Below, piece by piece: positions 50,977 through 54,925 of a stretch of DNA of 54,925 bases (position 1 is the stretch's first letter; each line of letters starts with the position of its first letter). This DNA is from an uncultured Pseudobdellovibrionaceae bacterium. Its GTDB lineage: Bacteria > Patescibacteriota > Minisyncoccia > Moranbacterales > GCA-2747515. The notes below the pieces were generated by a model that saw nothing but the letters and a program-made list of their open reading frames with translations, did not search any database and was not told where the DNA came from. The position numbers and the translations under genes are program-made. The stretch spans positions 1 to 54,925 of the forward strand of contig CAYXCH010000007.1 in NCBI GenBank assembly GCA_964463705.1, in the 5' to 3' direction.

Positions 50977-52005
50977 ATGCAAACAACTATTCTCATCACC
51001 GGCGGTGCCGGCTACATCGGATCTCATACCGCGGTTGCACTGCAAGAACACGGCTACACTCCCCTCATCTTGGATAATTTCAGCAATACGCACCGTGATG
51101 TTCCGGATGGAATTCGCGCCATTACCGGAACACCCGTCCGCTGTATTGAAGGAGATTGTCGCGATACAAAACTTCTGGAACATCTCTTTGCTCATGAGCG
51201 GATTGGCGGCGTCATTCACTTTGCGGCGTTAAAAGCCGTGGGTGAATCTGTTCATCGCCCACTAGACTACTATGAGAACAATTTAATGTCGCTCCTTGCG
51301 CTCTTGCGTGTTGCTACCGCACATGCCACAGCACACAATACCACCCTGCCCGTCATTTTTTCCTCCAGTGCCACCGTCTATGGCGATGCGGACACCATGC
51401 CCGTTACCGAGGATACGCCGCGCCGACCCGCCACCAACCCCTATGGAAATACCAAAGCGATTGCGGAAGATATTTTGCGCGACACTGTCACTGCTGATGC
51501 GCCTCTCTGTGCGATTGCACTTCGCTACTTCAACCCCATCGGTGCTCATCCCTCCGGTCATATCGGCGAACGCCCCACCGGTACACCGGCAAATCTCGTC
51601 CCCTACCTCACGCAAGCCGCCGCCGGGCTTCGTTCCACACTTACCATCCATGGTAACGATTACGACACTCCGGACGGCACCGGCATCCGTGATTACATTC
51701 ACGTCATGGACCTGGCAACGGCCCACGTCGCCGCCCTCCGCCATGCCGAGCGGACGACCGCACCGCAGTATGATGTCTTCAATATCGGCACCGGACGCGG
51801 AACCAGTGTTAACGAACTCATCACCACTTTCCATAATGTCACCGGCGTCTCTGTTCCCCACACCGTTGGACCGCGCCGCCCCGGTGATGTCGCCACTTGC
51901 TACGCCGATGTCACCAAGGCTCATCGCATTCTCCAATGGCGCGCTCAATACACGATTGCCGATGCTCTCCGTGATGCCTGGAACTTCCAACAGCGCCAAC
52001 GATAA
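50977..52005 (+). CDS. galE: UDP-glucose 4-epimerase
   Basis: TGGAGYIGSH, HFAALKAVGES, FSSSATVYG, YGNTK, LRYFNPIGAH, RDYIHVMDLA. Confidence 0.97.
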   Translation: MQTTILITGGAGYIGSHTAVALQEHGYTPLILDNFSNTHRDVPDGIRAITGTPVRCIEGDCRDTKLLEHLFAHERIGGVIHFAALKAVGESVHRPLDYYENNLMSLLALLRVATAHATAHNTTLPVIFSSSATVYGDADTMPVTEDTPRRPATNPYGNTKAIAEDILRDTVTADAPLCAIALRYFNPIGAHPSGHIGERPTGTPANLVPYLTQAAAGLRSTLTIHGNDYDTPDGTGIRDYIHVMDLATAHVAALRHAERTTAPQYDVFNIGTGRGTSVNELITTFHNVTGVSVPHTVGPRRPGDVATCYADVTKAHRILQWRAQYTIADALRDAWNFQQRQR

Positions 52006-52123
52006 ACTCCCTCCTCTACACTGTGCTGAATTAATCACACCGAGAAATTATTCCACTATCGTAACTATACTCGGTTATTTATTAATCGCTCCGGTACCAC
52101 CATCATGCATCATGACTATTTAT

Positions 52124-53416
52124 TTAAAGAAAATAATCATCTTTTGCAATAAATACGGTATAGGTCAGCATACAGAGAGCCAATGCATACGCAATCTGCA
52201 TCCACAGCACCCGACGCGGGATGCGCATCCACAGTAAATACAAAACAATCGGCACAATTGCGTATCGCGGTTCAATCAACCAGTGCAATGACAGTGCCAA
52301 AAGCGCAAATGGCAGAAAAACCAGCGCATCTACCGGACGACGCCATCGCGCACCGATAAGAGCGGCAATTCCGACAACAATCACACCGTAAGATATGATC
52401 TTCGCCCACTGGTGCGTTGCAATCGCAATGAGGATGTCGTTATGTAGAAAGCGATCATTTACCACCCAATTATACGCATGGTCAATAACGAATGTGTGAC
52501 TATAGAAAACATAACCGCCACAAAGTGCACCCACTATAAGTATGCAGCGCGTCCATGAGCATGACATTGTGCGCACTAAACGTAGGAGATGATATCCCAC
52601 AATGGGCAACATCGTAACAACAAAGACAATTAGAGCAAAATAGATATTCCCCCAGTGCAATGAACCTGACGGGTGTGCATGCCGATCAGACACGGCGACA
52701 CCGCCATTGATGACAACAAAGGCAATAAACGCCCCGGCAAGGAGATAATACGGTATATAGCGCACCGAAAGAACGTACTTCACGACACGCCGCACATCCC
52801 TCCATATCGGCATCCGCAATCGTGTTCCATACGTCGCGCGAATACCATCAATTGCCACCACCGCCGCAATGTACAAAATCATATCCTGTCGTATCAAAAG
52901 AGATAAAAGAAACGCTATTGCGGCATATCCATGACGTTTACGAAGAAGCAATCCATAGCCAAGCAAAAAGAATGCCAACGCGGGAATGTCCGTGTAAACA
53001 AGAAAAGTGAATAAAAAAATCACCGGCATACTTGCAAGAACGATAAACACCTCCCGCCGGTGGGCAAGCAGATGCACAACACCGGAGAGAACTATGACAA
53101 AAAGTGATCCAAAAATCGTTGCGCTAAGATAACGATTATATCGGTGCTTTAAACGAAATTCATCATTAAACCATAGCGCTCCACGAGCAATGGTTCCCAA
53201 TGCAATATGATAACCGGGAATATTCGTGAGATTTTCAAGATCCGCTCTTGTCTGCAATTGCTGTGCAAACACCTTCTTAATGATACGACTGTGTACTTTC
53301 TCATCCCGCCGATGCCCGGATTCCGTCATAAGCAAAAAGATGGCAATGCACTGTACGATAAGGAGCATACCAAGAACAACTCGATGACGCTGTATAAAAT
53401 GACGTACCGCTTGCAT
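52124..53416 (-). CDS. ALG10/DIE2-like GT-C integral membrane glycosyltransferase
   Basis: DEKVH, LTNIPGY, FLVYTD, IRQ, FVVINGGVAVSDRHAH, H..N.YF, IEPRY, in the same order as ALG10 motifs. Confidence 0.75.
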   Translation of the reverse strand: MQAVRHFIQRHRVVLGMLLIVQCIAIFLLMTESGHRRDEKVHSRIIKKVFAQQLQTRADLENLTNIPGYHIALGTIARGALWFNDEFRLKHRYNRYLSATIFGSLFVIVLSGVVHLLAHRREVFIVLASMPVIFLFTFLVYTDIPALAFFLLGYGLLLRKRHGYAAIAFLLSLLIRQDMILYIAAVVAIDGIRATYGTRLRMPIWRDVRRVVKYVLSVRYIPYYLLAGAFIAFVVINGGVAVSDRHAHPSGSLHWGNIYFALIVFVVTMLPIVGYHLLRLVRTMSCSWTRCILIVGALCGGYVFYSHTFVIDHAYNWVVNDRFLHNDILIAIATHQWAKIISYGVIVVGIAALIGARWRRPVDALVFLPFALLALSLHWLIEPRYAIVPIVLYLLWMRIPRRVLWMQIAYALALCMLTYTVFIAKDDYFL

Positions 53417-53419
53417 AGA

Positions 53420-54925
53420 CTATAATGGTATTTCCATACCAAAGATATTACGAGCACGAGGCGTCGGAAGTTGTTCATACCGATTTCGCAACTCAGCATC
53501 GTCCATTGCGCGCACATCATCCGGCGAAATATTTAAAAGCTGTGCAATTTTCTCCACCGCAACCCATAGCGTTACACGATCTTTTGTAAAGATGACACGA
53601 TACCGTCCGCTCTCCTCCACAGAATCACGATACGATAATTTCCGCGTCTCCAATGCCGGACGTTTTTCTTTCCTCTTCTCTGCATATTTACTACGTTTGA
53701 GTAAAACATAGTCTGTAAATTGACGATTATCCGGAAGAAAAAATTCTGCGCGTCGATTAACGTGGGGACCGATTGATGCATCCGCTGTAACACTCCCGCC
53801 ATCCTTAATCCAAACAATCGCCGCATCCAATGCCGTACGATGAATACTTGTTTTAAAATCCATGCGATCTATAAAATGCGGAATTCCGATTATAACAATC
53901 CACGCACTTACTACGCCCAGAAGAAATGGCGACCGAATCCCCCATTCTCGCACAGATGCTTGTACCCACTGCGGCAAACGTAAACGGCGCGCCCACCGCG
54001 CATCCAGTGCGCGTCCCGTATCGCTCCGAAACCGATCCACCAGCTCCACAAAAATCATGATCAGAATCGGTGGAATCAATACAAAAACATGAGATCCTCC
54101 ACTAATTCGTCCATAGATGATGATAAACAACACAATTGCCAGCGATGGCGCAAGCAGCAGAGCATACCGTGACAACAACGGCAACACCACGCCTAACGGT
54201 AGCAACCATTCATAGACACGCTTTACGCGCTTGGTAAATTTCGGCACGTCCAGAGCCAATGCATCGTGAAAGCGTTCTCGCAGATACTCCGCAGAACCAA
54301 AACCAACCGTAATGAACACCTTTGCCACCAATTGCAACAACGCCCCGGCCACCATTGGCGGAAGTATCCACCGCCAAGAACGCCGGTGCCATAATGCCAA
54401 CACACCGACAAGGAAAAGTGTCGGCGCAACAAACTCACTGACAAGCGCAAGCGCACAACACAGTACAACAAACCGCCCGTACCACCGTTCCCGATACGCC
54501 ATCAATAGCCATAAAAACAACGGACCGCCAATCGCCACCACATGCATCGGACCAATCACCTGTTTAAGAACCAACGGATGCAATAACCATAGCAGCAAGG
54601 CAATCCACGCCGCAACGACACCGATACGCGCATAGACATACCGCCATATCGTCCACGCTGCAAATGCAAAGAACACCTGAATGACCGCAAACAGTGTCAA
54701 TGTATGCGGAACAACAGCATAAAACGGCACATACAAAAACTGTACAATGTTGAGATGTTCTCGCAGATTAAACTCATTGCCGATGAGGAAGCTTTGATGA
54801 AAGAGTCGTCCCGTAAAAATCGTATTCCAAATCGCTTGCTCCGCTACCGCCGTATCTCCCGTACCAAACACATAGCCGTCATATTTTTCATGCGTCGCCC
54901 ACATCCACGCCATCATCACGCCGAT
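53420..54925 (-). CDS. DUF2079-like (GT-C-type) membrane protein, possibly 5'-truncated by the window
   Basis: GDTAVAEQAIWN, H....FLYVPFY..P..TL..IQ, many TMs. Confidence 0.7.
   Translation of the reverse strand: MGVMMAWMWATHEKYDGYVFGTGDTAVAEQAIWNTIFTGRLFHQSFLIGNEFNLREHLNIVQFLYVPFYAVVPHTLTLFAVIQVFFAFAAWTIWRYVYARIGVVAAWIALLLWLLHPLVLKQVIGPMHVVAIGGPLFLWLLMAYRERWYGRFVVLCCALALVSEFVAPTLFLVGVLALWHRRSWRWILPPMVAGALLQLVAKVFITVGFGSAEYLRERFHDALALDVPKFTKRVKRVYEWLLPLGVVLPLLSRYALLLAPSLAIVLFIIIYGRISGGSHVFVLIPPILIMIFVELVDRFRSDTGRALDARWARRLRLPQWVQASVREWGIRSPFLLGVVSAWIVIIGIPHFIDRMDFKTSIHRTALDAAIVWIKDGGSVTADASIGPHVNRRAEFFLPDNRQFTDYVLLKRSKYAEKRKEKRPALETRKLSYRDSVEESGRYRVIFTKDRVTLWVAVEKIAQLLNISPDDVRAMDDAELRNRYEQLPTPRARNIFGMEIPL

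Overview
A gene-dense bacterial chromosomal segment. Gene content (short MurF, INS-less ProRS, homodimeric GlyRS, archaeal-type PyrH, stand-alone TrmB regulator) suggests a Patescibacteria/CPR (Parcubacteria-like) genome; this is inference. Most of it is housekeeping: lepA, tsaD, part of the dcw cluster (mraZ-rsmH-ftsL-ftsI-murF), greA, mreB-mreC-PBP2, proS, rplJL with an L10 leader/attenuator, rpsP, ligA, pyrH, rpmA, a MacAB-like ABC system, gltX, metG, glyQS, prfA, peptidases and many cell-envelope glycosylation genes. No rRNA, tRNA, CRISPR array or transposase was recognised. The best candidate for an undescribed system is an AT-richer four-gene cassette at 29712-33050. It holds a SAM methyltransferase, a thymidylate-synthase-fold protein, a LOG-family phosphoribohydrolase and a divergent TrmB regulator. 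The TS-like protein carries Asn177->Asp, Ser167->Ala and Arg126->Lys (E. coli ThyA numbering), the substitutions associated with CMP-preferring enzymes such as MilA. This points to a pathway making a modified free cytosine base, analogous to bacimethrin/mildiomycin precursor synthesis, rather than dTMP synthesis. Other notable items are an ALG10/DIE2-like GT-C glycosyltransferase, a twin-arginine TraB/Tiki-like orphan, a histone-H1-like basic miniprotein, a candidate structured RNA leader and a phosphatase gene remnant. All family calls come from motif recognition by eye; no database searches were run.
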